This document shows positions 37,436 to 50,390 of a stretch of 64,000 bases of DNA, piece after piece. The position numbers were made by a program, and so were the translations under genes. The stretch is from Carcharhinus amblyrhynchos (Eukaryota), in contig OZ336878.1 of NCBI GenBank assembly GCA_965287045.1, positions 51,708,001 to 51,772,000 of the forward strand. The letters run 5' to 3'. Each line of letters begins with the position of its first letter. Position 1 is the first letter of the stretch. Below the pieces are notes generated by a model. The model was given only the letters and a program-made list of their open reading frames with translations. It made no database searches and was not told where the DNA came from.

Positions 37436-37575
37436 TGATCCAAAATCTGGAAAATCTCAGCAGGCCTGATAGCATCTGTGGCGAGAGAATGGAGCCAATG
37501 TTTTGAGTGCGGATGACCTTCATCAGAGCATCATCCACTCTGACAAAGAGTCATCCAGACTTGAAACATTGGCTC
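37436..37575. mobile_element. Short fold-back Penelope-like remnant (second family)
   Basis: gagccaatgttttgagtgcggatgacc...gagtcatccagacttgaaacattggctc inverted arms with degenerate CTGA..GAAA cores. Confidence 0.5.
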
Positions 37576-39820
37576 AATAGTAGTGATCATAATATGATTG
37601 AGTTTTACATTCAGTTTGAGGGAGAGCAGAGTGGGGCTAAGACTAGTACTTTAAATTTAAGTAAGGGCACCAATGAGGGCATGAAAGCATGGCCGGTTAA
37701 AGTGAACTAGCATGTAAGGTTAAAGGATAGGGCAATAGAGATGCAGTGGCATTTAAAAGGATATTTCAGTATACATACAATAAATACATTCCGCAGAGAA
37801 AGAAAAATTCCAAGGCAGATCCTTAAACTTTAAAAAGTAAAAAATAGTATCAAACTTAAAGAATAAACACATAGTTATGCAAAAATGGACAACAGGTCAG
37901 AAGATTGGACATAATTCAAAAAAATCAGAACATGACTAAAAAATTAGTAAAGAGGGAACATTAAAATATGAGGGAAAGCTAGCTAGAAATATAAAGGTAG
38001 TAAGAATGTTGATAGATGCTTAAAAAAAGGAGTTAACAAAGTGAATATTGATACTATAGAAAGTGAGTCTGGGGAATTAATAATGGAAAATAAAGAGATA
38101 GCAGATTAATTGAACCATTATTTTGCATCGGTCTCCAATGTAGAGGTCAAGTAATATCTCCCAAATAGCTGTATATCAGGAAATGGAAGGGAAAGAAGAA
38201 CTCTGGAAAACTACGTTCATCAGAGAAGTGATACTGAGGAAGTTGTTGGAGCTGTGGGTTGACACAAGTCCCTGGGTCCTGATAAACTTCATCCTGAGGC
38301 CTTAAAAGAAATGGCTACTGAGATGGCTGATCTGTTCACTTTACTTTTCCAAATTCGCTGGATCTGGGAATGGTTCTGTGACGTAGAAAAACAGTGACTG
38401 TAACTCCTTTATTCAAAAGGGATGAAGACAGAAAGCAGGTCACTATGGCAGTAACATCTGCCATAGAGAAAATATATTAAGAAGTCTCACAACACCAGGT
38501 TAAAGTCCAACAGGTTTATTTGGCAGCACAAGCCACTAGCTTTCGGAGTGCTGCTCCTTCATCAGGTAAATAGGAATTCTGTTCACAAACAGGGCATATA
38601 AAGACACAAACTCAATTTATAAAAGAATGGTTGGACTGCGAGTCTTTACGTGTAGTCAAGTCTTAAAGGTACAGACAATATGAGTGAAGAGAGGGTTAAG
38701 CACAAGTTAAAGAGGTGTGTATTGTCTCCAGCCAGGACAGTTAGTGAGATTTTGCAAGCTCAGGCAAGTCGTGGGAGTTACATATAGTGTGACATGAACC
38801 CAAGATCCCAGTTGAGGTCATCCTCATATGTGCGGAACTTGGCTATCAGTCTTGCTCAACAAATCTGTGTTGTCGTGTGTCATGAAGGCCGCCTTGAAGA
38901 ACGCTTACCCAAAGATCAGAAGCCAAATGCCTGTGACTGCTAAAGTGTTCCCCAACAGTAAGAGAACACTTTTGCCTGGTGATTGTCGAGCGGTGTTCAT
39001 TCATCCATTGTCGTAGTGCCTGCATGGTCTCCCCAGTGTACCATGCCTGGGGACATCCTTTCTTCTTGAAGATCCTCTTCACTTGAGCTGGCAGTTTGCG
39101 GATGTCCCCAGGCATGGTACATTGGGGAGACCATGCAGACGCTACGACAACGGATGAATGAACACCACACAACAATCACCAGGCAAGAGTGTTCTCTTTC
39201 TGTTGGGGAACACTTCAGCAGTCATGGGCATTTGGCCTCTGATCATGGGGTAAGCGTTCTCCAAGGTGGCCTTCACGCCATATGACACACAACAACGCAG
39301 ATTCGCTGAGCCAAGACTGATAGCCAAGCTCTGCACGCATGAGGATGGCCTCAGCCGGGATCTTGTGTTCATGTCACACTATCTGTAACCCCCACGACTT
39401 GCATGGGCTTGCAAAATCTCACTAACTGTCCTGGCTGGAGCCAATACACATCTCTTTTACCTATGCTTAACCCTCTCTCCACTCACATTGTACCTTAAAG
39501 ACTTGATTACTTGCAAAGCCTCGCATTCCAACCATTATTTTGTAAATTGAGTTTGTGTCTTTATATGTCCCATTTGTGAACAGAACTCCCACTTACCTGA
39601 TGAAGGAACAGAGCTCCAAAAGCTAGTGGCTTGTGCTACCAAATAAGCCTTTTGGACTTTAACCTGATGTTGTGAGACTTCTTACTGTGTCCAGTCCAAC
39701 ACTGGCATCTCCACATCATAGACAAAATTTCACAGGGAAGAGATTATCATATCAGGGCACTTGGTAAACTTCAAGGTAAGCACAGTCCACTTGGTTTTAT
39801 GAATGGAACAGTCATGCTAA
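37576..39820 (+). mobile_element. CR1 ORF2 fragment interrupted by a Penelope-like element (38478-39718)
   Basis: SSDHNMIEFYIQFEGE and KSLGPDKLHP motifs; it resumes after 39718 with a decayed HLxxxxxxxQHGF..GxSC segment. Same family as 3381-5160. Confidence 0.8.
38478..39718. mobile_element. Penelope-like element, inverted duplication with GIY-YIG endonuclease remnants
   Basis: CPQAWYTGETMQALRQWMNEH GIY-YIG-like motif present on both strands; arms of about 600 bp. Confidence 0.85.
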
Positions 39821-39829
39821 AAAAATTAT

Positions 39830-41450
39830 AGGTGATGGTCATTAGGTCAGAACTCTCAAATTACTCTGCATGGAAAGTTAGCAACAGTTTCGGTGTCATT
39901 AGAAAGTACTTTATAAGTGGAACAGAGAAATTGGTTCAGGGGTAAAGATGGTTTAAGCATGACCAAATTTCCATACAAAGGAATGGGGTAAAGAAGATTG
40001 AACAGTAGATGTATAACAGGCTAAATTTCAATGCAAACATATTAAGAACAATGTTCAGTCAATTATTAGACCTTATAGGGCTGGAGATAGTAAAGAAAGA
40101 CACTCCTGACAGGGGAAAAAAAAAACGAAGTTGGCTTTAATGTTTGAAGGAGAAATGAGTGGAGCTTCTTTGCTAAGATTGTTAAGATTAGTGTCGGAGG
40201 AGATATGTGGGTTAAAATAATTATCTTTCTCTTCTGAAGAATTAATGACATGAAGAAAGTAGATGAAAAAGAGGATTCACAAAAATTACGAGAAACAGAT
40301 TTGGTTTGTTATGGCAAATTAGGGAAACAGATGGTTTCTATTCAATAGAGAAATATTCAATTTGATTTTGCTTGACAATAAATTTGAAATATGGATAATT
40401 ACTATTAGCTGCTCAAAAGAGACAATTGATGAATTTACTGTAGTGAAGGAAAGACATTTGTAGCCACAGCAGATGTGTTTGATAGTGTAAAGGAATGAGG
40501 GCAAACAGTTGAGATGTCAAAGTCAACATACAAACATAACCTGTTAAAGATTGCAAGTTGGAATGGCAAGTCTAATGGGAATTGGAATGGAGAAGATGAT
40601 TCAACTTAAGTATTGAGTGATTATGACATTATTGGAAGGATCATCTGGAAGATGGCATGCTTCTGATGTTAGGAAGCTGAATTGAGACTGCGAAATGACT
40701 GGGGTCACTGATATTAATGATGGCAATGTGTTAATACAACTCATTCTCAAACAACAAGCATCAGGAATTATCACAAGTCAAATCCCAGAATGTTTGAAAA
40801 AGTATGCAATATAAATGTCAAGTTAATAACATTTTGATGTATGCTCTTTGGTTAAATACTTGCAATACTCTTCCAGCAAGGACTGGGATGTGCCCAGACT
40901 AGCGGGAAAGAAAGAAAGCCTTTCCTGTGTTACTTCAGCATCCAAATTCCTTTCTAGACCAAAAAACTTTGAGAAAGGGTGTTGAGAATACTCACTCACA
41001 GTCAGGTGGAAAAAAACAGCACTTCTGGCATCTTTCAGGAGAATTGCAAGGACATAGGTCAACATTTGTACTGTGTTTTGTGACAATGAGATTACAAATA
41101 TTGGATGAAAGATCAGGCTTTGATGATCAGACATGGCTGTGATACTCCATATGGTGGGATTGCACTTCTTCACATACTGTTTAGACTTACTTGGGTTAGT
41201 GAAGAGTAGAATCAAACCAGGTGGCCCAGGAGGATATACATTATGTAGTTTTGAAGAGCCAGGTGGTCTGTTTCTATGTTGTACTATTCTGTGATTGAGT
41301 TACGATGGGCTGCTGTTCCTTAGAAGTCCTCAGGCTGCTTGTGCCTTAGCAAGAGTCAAGGCGTTCAGGAGAAGAAAACATGAGCAACAAATTTACCTAA
41401 TTTGGCTTCCAAAAAAGGGTAGTGTTCTCGCTCACATTTTAGAGTTGCAG
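39830..41450 (+). pseudogene. Putative endogenous viral element: decayed RdRp domain of a mononega-like L protein
   Basis: One frame carries LALM (40131), FEIW (40383), GIGMEKMIQLKY*VIMTLL (40578), MTGVTD (40695), YSLTVRWKKTALLASFRRIAR (40989-41051) and PGGPGGY (41217-41237), in the order F, A, B, C, E and PxxLGG. Confidence 0.65.
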
Positions 41451-41713
41451 CACCAAGTAATTGTCTGATACTGATTTGTACCAGCAATCCTTCACAAATT
41501 CTTAATTGCAGCTGCATTGAACATTTTTCAGATAACTGAATTTTCTGTGTGGTTTTGGGGTGCGGGGGGAGCAGGGGTGCAGCTGGAGAAAGGGAAATTA
41601 CTATCACTTCTCAGTTAAACAAAGGCAGCACACAATACCCAAACAAAGATACAAAAAAACTTATAAAATAGGGACTCAATAACGATATCCATAATAGCGT
41701 CTGCTCTTTGTTG

Positions 41714-44356
41714 TGTTTTTCATGTGGTGAATAAAATGGTTACTGCACCAAAACCTTTATGTACATATGATAACACCTATCTATGGTAATGCACAGTGTA
41801 GCAACATATTTATCCAAACATCCCCCTTTTCATAAAAAAGAATACATGTGCTATCATTTTCAAATTACTCCACATCAATAGTTTGTTCCAATTTCATCTG
41901 TCTTTGCACACAAATGCACACACAGATCTAAAATGTTCAGGTCTTTTATGGGACACATATGAATTGTTGTTTGCTGTTCATCTGATATCTGCTAGTATCT
42001 GGGATGACATTGCTGCTCTAGAGAATGTCATTACCTCGATGAATGTTGCTGTTGTGGAAATTGTTGCTGCTGATCCATTGCATCTATTGTGAAACAGTTA
42101 ATCTCTGGGTCTGATGCTCAATCACTTCCTTGCCAGGTTGGCAAAATCAGATCTGCTGTGAGGGAGCAGCTTCTGCATATGGATGTCAGTGGCTATGAAG
42201 ACAGATCTGGTCATTCACTTTCACTGTGTACAACTGAGGTGACAACTTCTCTACACATGTCCCAAGTTGCCACATGGATTGATTTTTGTTAAGAATGTTG
42301 GCACTTGCCAACTCTCAGCTCTGAAGATGGTAGCTTTCTGTCATTTCACTTTGATTTTGTCACTCAGTCCTGTTACTACTTCTGGCCTCTGTAGTTTTTT
42401 TAAAAATGTTATTGGACGAGTTGTTTGCATGCAGCATGACATTAGTTACTGAAATGGTCTACTTTCCCTGCCTCCAGTAGGTGTGTAGCTCCATTTTTAA
42501 GATTGTCTTGTACACAGTCTGTGCTGGATCTACTTGACTTTTTGATGCTCCCTTTGGCAATTTTTCAGGCAGCCTCAGCTGGGGATAGTGTGGAGATGAT
42601 TTGGTGCATTTCTCAATCTTTCTTGAAGTGTCTGAATTTTTCATTAATGAACTGAGGGTCATTGTCACTCATCGCAATGTACAGAACGTCAATGTCTTTT
42701 GGCACTCTACAATCTCACTGGCAATCATTAACATCAGCTGGTCTAGCTCCCAGTACTCTAAATATTAGTTAACTGTGATGAGATAATCAGTTCCAGTGAG
42801 GGGCACAAGGTCTACATCCATGGTCTGTTTGGATGTCTTGAGCAATTCTTTAACTTGCTCAGTTCCTTGTTCATTACAAGCACTGCATTGGCCACGTGGT
42901 CCCTTGATTTAATTATGTTCGGCCAGTAGAGCACTGCTCTTGTTTTCCTCACGCTCAACTTAATTCCTTGATGGTTTGCGCAAATACACCTCAATATCTA
43001 TTTTTCCAACTCTTTAGAGGTAATAAGTGGGATTTTCCAGCTGCGCTCACCTCAAAACCATGAAATGCAGTCTGAGGTCAATGGATCTTTCCATAGTCTG
43101 CCCCTTGCTTGCTATGATTCCTGTGACAGGCGGAACAGGAAACTTGTTTTCCTCACACTCAATGTCTCAATGTCTGTGGAGCTCATGATGTTGCATGTAG
43201 TGCCAGTGTTTATCTGACACTTCACATTAACTTGATGCTCTCCTCTGCAGTCATCATTTCAGTGGTAACAAACTTTTTTTTTTACTTCAGGGTTTGAAGA
43301 CACCAACCTGTTCGCTTTTGGGTTTAGTGTGATTTGTTGCAATCATTGTTCAGCGTCTTTTCAGCAACCCACTTTATATAGTTAGCTATTCTTCTTCCAC
43401 CAAAAAAAACTGACATGCACAGTAGTTCAGCTTCTCGTAGTTAGAGCATCGCTTTCCCTATACTGGGCATGATTCCTTTTACTTTCTGTGGTATCCTCCA
43501 CAGTATTTACATCCAGTACTCCGGCCTTGATTTTTCCACTGGTCCATCTATAACTTTTCCTTTCTTTCCTACGTTGACGTGTGCTTGGAAGGCTTGGGCT
43601 GTTCACCAGTGTAATGCAAAACCTCCTCAGTTCCCCCATTTATATTTTTCAGTTGATAATCAGTCAGTCTTGAGCTTCTGTACATGTTAGTAGCTTCCTT
43701 GAGAGTTAAGTTGCTCTTCTCTCAGCAGATGGCTCTCTTGTTCCTCAGACAATCCTATTTTTGATGAGGTCATCCTTCAGTTGTGAAAACTCTCAATATT
43801 TAGCTAAACATGTCAGTGCAGTCGCATAATGAAAAACATTCCCCCACTCTTTCTGAATTCTAGTGTTAGACACACAGCGTTCATAAATAACAGCAGTAGA
43901 GGGCTCAAAGCAGGTCTTCAAGGCCCCCAAAATTTCATTATACTGTTTTTTTCAGCTCCTCGGTGAGATCTAGGGTACAATAGAGCTTGTATCACTCCTT
44001 TGCTATCACTAAGACAAAACTGCAATCTCGTAATTCTGCCACTGAGACCGCAAGAGTTGCCAATTCCCTCTCAAACCTCTCTTCTTGTCCCTCAGAATAT
44101 ATACTGGAAAATTCAAGGCTATAATGACTCAACCAGCTGTTGCCGCCCTGTACAACTTTGTAGTCCATAGTTTTAATTATTCTCTGATGTTCTCTGGCTC
44201 CCGTACAACTCTCAAAATCCGGCTGCACACCCCTGACACCATATTCCACGTGGTGGGTAAAATGGTTACTGCCCTAAAACCTGAATTTACAAATGATGTC
44301 ATCTGAGGTCACATGACTATGGCAACCCACACAGTACGAAGGTATTCACCCAAACA
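41714..44356 (-). mobile_element. Decayed Ty3/Gypsy LTR retrotransposon with internal deletions
   Basis: Diverged LTRs of about 110 bp (41714-41820, 44242-44356) sharing taaaatggttactgc and ccaaaca; PBS tggtgtcag 44233-44241; PPT 41821-41830; integrase HQGIK...RAVLYWP. Confidence 0.8.
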
Positions 44357-47300
44357 TCCTGTCAGGTTGCACAACATAGATATCATTATTGGATGACTCC
44401 CTTTCACATCAGCAATGACATGTAGGAAATTTAAAAGTAAAAGTTGTCTGGATAATTTATATTGGCAGAGATTAATTGATTTATGTTGCAGCCATAATAA
44501 TACAAGTGTTGATCCAAAATCTCAACACACAGAGACTTGCTTAAAACCATGTTATATTATTGAAACATAATACTTAACCATTAGGATCAGATCCATCTTA
44601 TAGAAGTTCCTTTCAGATTGCTTGCTGACTATTTTTCTTTGGAAAAATGCCACAGCAATATTAATCTGACACTCAACTGCTTGCATGTGAGTGAGTGACC
44701 ACACAGCGAGAATGATTTTCATCTCAAGCAAAACAGAACTGGGCATACAACCCAGGCCCACACAGGAAGAGCAGCTCCCCCCCGCCCCTCCACCCCCACC
44801 CCCGCTACCTGGGAATGCATACTTCCCCCATTCTGTTTGCATTTCAACTTAATTGCACTATTGTCTGAACTTTTAATAGTACTCCATGATACACAGCCAG
44901 CAAATATTTTTATACTAGAATTTTTTCAGATGAATTCTGTCAGGCAAAGTCAGCCATAGTTTGCTTTTTAAAGTTTTGGTTAATTATGCATACAATGCGC
45001 AGTCTATTTCATCACCACTTGAGAAGTGGAATTTTTTTGAATTTTGGGCTGATCAAGGTGAGGGATGGCAGGACTGGGAAAAGGGACTCCTTCTCAATTC
45101 CACAATTCAGTGTCCGTATCGAGCGTTCCTGGGTCAAGTCTAGTGCAAGTTGGATTCCGAGTAGAGTGCATGTCAGCCATTCCCCAGAGGCAGCTCACGG
45201 ATGAAGCAAGTGAGGCACTAGAATGGTGTGTGTACAGATGCATGAGCAGTTGATGCACAGGAGTCCCAGCTCCTGCTCTGATCAAATAATGCAAGGAAGG
45301 CAGCACAGTCCATAGCTTAAAGGACGGCATTGTATGGTGGCTGTTTAAAGTGGGTCAGCAATTAGGGACAGTGCAGCGTGCAACCAGCTGCTTATGTAAG
45401 AACCAATCGTCCATATCAAAGAAGTGCTGCATATGATAAATATAGATAAACATAGCTCACCAACTTTCCTTGGAATAGACTGACAGTGTATCAGTGAGTT
45501 ATACAGAGCTGAAACATATCAGCTTTGAGGGTTAATTGAACTTGGCCTGAGCAAAGGCACCTGTGCTTCATATGACCTTTAGTATTTCGTGATAGCAGAG
45601 ATGCTATCAGTCAGCATTGTCATTCTTGATTGCTGCAAGACAATTCATGTGACTGGACATTAGGAGCGACCAGGCTTTGCACCCAGCTGCAACGATCCCC
45701 CTCAGCAGTTAAACTGCAGTCAAAGTTCAAGAATGAAGAATGCCCAGCAGGATGACACAAAATTCTGGCAGCACTTGTGAAACTATATTCCAACAGCGAG
45801 GGAAGAAAGTTGAAAAAAAAACCTAAAAATGTCCAATTATTCCAAGATACTGCAGAGTACTGTCCAATTACTGTTCAATTCTGCACAGTATTGCCAATGC
45901 ACTGTCCCATAGAGGGTCACTTTTAAGGTAATCAGGATAACAATTTCATTAATCAAACATATCCATTCCATTGTATTTATATGTGTTCAATTAAACTGAG
46001 GAAAATGATACTAATTAATTTATTACAATTCTTACATCATACAAGTATTTATAATTCTGAGCAACATGGTAGATAATAGGTTATCTACCAAGAGGCCAAA
46101 ATGGCCTCCTTCTGCACTGTAGGGTTTCTACGACTTTATGATTCTATTAATTGACTGATAAACAACAGTGCTTTTTTAAAAAAATATGTTCCCATTATTT
46201 TATGTTGATTTAGATAGTGATGGGCATCATTTGACAACATACAGTTGAGAGTTTGGAGACTAATAGCTTACATTATGGAGCATAGAGGTCTGCAACTTAT
46301 CATCCCTGGAAATGCTAAATTCTTTCAAAACGTGACCAACCAGCAATGAACACTAATGGTGTATGAGGCTCATTAAATAGTTTCCAAACAAGATCCAGTT
46401 TCAGGAGGCCTTCTCATAATGAGAATGGAAGAATCCATGCAGCATCCCGGCACACAGCATCCATTCGCAATAAATGCTTTGATAAAGACCTTTTGCAAGA
46501 TCTTTTAAAATTGATCCAGGAGTCCTCACCTCGTTACAGGGTCAAATAATGGGCAAACACTGGCAAGTGCACCTTTGTGAAAGAAAAATCAGTACTATAG
46601 ATTTCAGGCAAACTGAGCCCTTTATTGTTGCTTGTGCCCAATATTCTTCTCAACCCATGCGTGATCCCAGCATGTTAAGTACTGAACACTGCTAGCACCA
46701 CTGAAATATTAAATACACTGATCTTGCATTGTATATGCTACGCCAGTAGTGCATTATTTGCCCAATTTGATTTTGGCATCTGCACATGTATTTAGCATTG
46801 TGAATTTTGTAGATACTAGCATGCATTGTATAGTCACTAAAGTAGTTATAACTTTAGTCTACTCATGTCTTTAGCTAGTGATGTTGACTAAGTGAGGAAA
46901 GGTACCTGCACTGCCTTGGAACTTCTCCAGCCATGGGTGGAGTCTGAAATCACCTATTCTAACTAATACATGTGCTAGATTTCATGATAACCAATGTCTA
47001 ACATTTTCCCATAGGGGGCACCATTGTTGGTTTGATCAATGTGCCTTGGAGAATTATGAGAATAACTTCCATCAAGATATTATTCCCAATCCTTCATAAA
47101 AACTACAAGCCATCAGCAAATCATCACTCAAACCAGATAGGCTAAAGGATTGAGTTTTAAATGATCAAATGTTAATTACATTCTGCAAATGATCAACTGT
47201 AAAAAGTGACAGATCCACATGGATCAGTGTTTTCCAATACGCTTGTCAATCGCCACATGGTGAATAAGCCACAGACATGTAGCCAACTGATGCTTTCATT

Positions 47301-48433
47301 TTTAAAGCCACACAGTACTGAGTTGTGTTAAACTTACATTGCTGGGTATGAGGATGGCAATCACTCTCTAGACCATTTGAGCAAGAAAGAATCAACCATG
47401 AAGCTGTTATACGCTCTCTGACATGCAGTAATGTGAGACTGGCCTTTACAACAGCAGTATGATTGCTCTGGAAATTTTATTGGAGTATCTAATGTCATGG
47501 GGACGCTAAGTAAGGGCTTGGTTTTGTTCAGTAGACAGTTGGCAGTTTCCACAAAGCAGTCATGGTGTATGAATTATGTACAGCGCTACACAGTTACCAA
47601 TGAAGTTTGAAGTGTGCAGGCTTGGCAAGCTATGGCAATGCAGCCGCACCTACATATGTTCAGCCTTTATCTTAATGGGTTTGTTGAAAAGAGCGCTTGA
47701 AAGGAATAGGATGCGATTAATATAATAGGATGGATTAAAGGAGAGTGACCATAAACCAAAGTATGAAATGTCTGGAGTTGTGTTCAGATATGGCTGGTGA
47801 CAGAGTGTAAGCAAGGCAGTGGGATCAGAATGAAGAAGCCAATATATAGAGGTTTGTTGATTCCTTCCCTTAGTTCTCTAATATATCAATTCTGATAAAA
47901 TAGAGACAGTTTACCCTTGAAAACATTTGCTTTTTATTGAAACAAACTGCAGCACACTGTCAGAAACAGAACACTTCAGTTAACAGATTGTCACCACCCT
48001 TCGTGAATGTATGCAACAGCCTTGTTTTGCAGAACCGTGCAATTGCTAATCGCTTTTGAAGCAGTTCTCCAGGCTCTGGCAATGAGTGTATCAGTCTTGA
48101 TTGCTGATGGTTTAAAACCTATTTTCAAAAGATTGCTAATTTGTTTAAAACTGCATATGTTCTGTGCCAAGGGGGAACACGTTTGGTGAGCATTGAAATC
48201 CTATTGGACAATACTATCATAAATCAAAATTGTCAATATAGCATTGCAGATATTGCCCTCTAGTGGTCACATAATGATCTTGTAACTCAATTTGCATTAA
48301 ACGCAAGGAATTATTTTCATCAAACACTTAAAGAGCTAAAGAATGGAAAGATGGCCAAGATAGGGTCTTAAACTGAAATGTCAGTTTAGCCCATGTTTAC
48401 AGCAAGATGCCTTCATTATAAAGGATTTGAACA

Positions 48434-49400
48434 CAGTAAAAAGTCTGACAACACCAGGTTTCAGTCCAACCGATTTATTTGATAGTAAATTCACTAGCTT
48501 TCGGGTTAGCCCCTTCGTCAGGTGAATGGAGAGTTCTGGCCTCAGACAGAGCATATAAAGCACAGACAGTTTACAGATTACTGATTAGAATGCAAATCTT
48601 TACACCTAACCTGCTGTTCAAGTCTTAAAGTGGCTAACAATGTGTGCGGAAGGAGCACTGATCACAGGTTAATGAGATGTGTATTGTCTCCAGACAGCAC
48701 AGTGAGTGAGGTTTTGCAAACCCAGGCAAGTCACGGGGGTTACAGATAGTGCGACATGAACTCAAGATCCCTGTTGAGACCGTCCTCATGTGTGCGGAAC
48801 TTGGCGATCAGTCTCTGCTCAGCGACTCTGCGTTGTAGTGTGTCATGAAGGCCGCCTTGGAGGATGCTTACCCGAAGGTCAGAGGCTGAATGCCTGTGAC
48901 CATTCAGCCTCTGACCTTCGGGTAAGCATTCTCCAAGGCGGCCTTCACGACACACGACAACGCAGACTCGCTGAACAAAGACTGATAGCCAAGTTCCGCA
49001 CACATGAGGACGGTCTCAACAGGGATCTTGGGTTCATGTCGCACTATCTGTAACCCCCGTGACTTGCCTGGGTTTGCAAAACCTCACTTACTACTGTACT
49101 GTCTGGAGACAATATACATCTCTTTAACCTGCGATCAGTGCTCCTTCCACTCACATTGTTGGCCACTTTAGGACTTGAACAGCAGGTTAGGTGTAAAGAT
49201 TCTCATTCTAATCAGTAATCTGTAAACTGTCTGTGCTTTATATGCTCTGTCTGAGGCCAGAACTCTCCATTCACCTGACGAAGGGGCAAACCCCGAAAGC
49301 TAGTGAATTTACTATCAAATAAATTGGTTGGACTGAAACCTGGTGTTGTCAGACTTTTTTCTGTGTTTACCCCAGTCCAACGCCGGCATATCCACATCAT
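48434..49400. mobile_element. Penelope-like element terminus as a near-perfect inverted duplication
   Basis: Mirror ORFs 48740-49003 (-) and 48790-49053 (+) are nearly identical (RRVAEQRLIAKFRTHEDGLNRD); centre near 48897. Confidence 0.9.
49269..49308 (+). ncRNA. Minimal type I hammerhead ribozyme motif (Penelope-associated); mirror copy at 48489-48527 (-)
   Basis: attcac CTGACGA a gggg-caaa-cccc GAAA gc TA gtgaat: 6-bp stem I, 4-bp stem II, palindromic AGCT stem III. Confidence 0.7.
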
Positions 49401-50390
49401 GACTACAAAGGATTTGAAGCCAGCTACTTCAAGTCAGAAGGGTTGTTTGGAGCTTATTAAAAAGCTGGTTGCCATTTAAAATGCCTTCCATCTCTCATTA
49501 AAGAGGCTGCATGGCATTCAATGATAAGTGCTTCAACTGATGCCCTCTCCTAACAGTGACCGACCGTTGGGGAATAAACACAGCACAGATTTTGATTTCA
49601 AGTGCTATTTAAAGGGATACTCACCATTTCATGGCCATTGCTGCTGGAGTTGTGAAGAGGATGTCTGTAACACAGTGGGAGACTTTCTGGGACACTTTGT
49701 CAAGACTTCACCAACACTCCAGCAAGATTTATTCCGGAAATTCTTTGAGGACTTCACCTAAAAAGAGTAAGTGCTGTGCTACTCCACCTTATTGGACACC
49801 TTGTAGGAGTCACCAGGAGAAAGGGAACGCTGGGTCATTGGCATCTTGCTAGGGGTTCCCCCTCTAACTTGGATAAGGAATGGGAGGAGGGCATGAGGCT
49901 AGTCAGAGCAGCCCCAGTTATTGCATGAGAAACACACATGGTAGTTCAGGAGATTGAGGTGGCATCCCTCCCAGTGTGGGTACAGGATAGCACTCTCTTC
50001 TGGACTCCTCCAGCAGGATCTCCAGCATCTGTGCTTACTCCCTTGGCCCCTGAGCCATTCTGTGCCGTTCTGTGCTTCCTACACCTTCAGCATAAGTGGG
50101 TGCTAGCAGCCCACATACAGTACCAAGATTGTGTTTTATCAGCACCTCAATGTTAAACCTGCAGGTTTCTGGTTAGCACCCCCAGCAAGTTCAAATTATG
50201 GTGTTCAGCAATTAACACCACAATTGTGTGCTATATCTGAATTTTCAAACAGGCCAGTCTTGTTAGCATTGTACCTATTTTCTGTCCATTTTCATCCTTT
50301 GGCAACATAAGCCACAGAGAAGTTTGCACAGGAAAATAGACCCAAAATCCATGTACGCATCACACACAAGTGTAAAAGCTTTTACCAACC

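Noticed and set aside
40980-41250. Resemblance to orthomyxovirus PB2 (LLASFRRIAR, TNIG, CLDLLGL..GGYTL)
   Set aside because: The upstream in-frame motifs F, A and B fit a mononega-type L protein better and explain the same residues; an HMM search should settle it.
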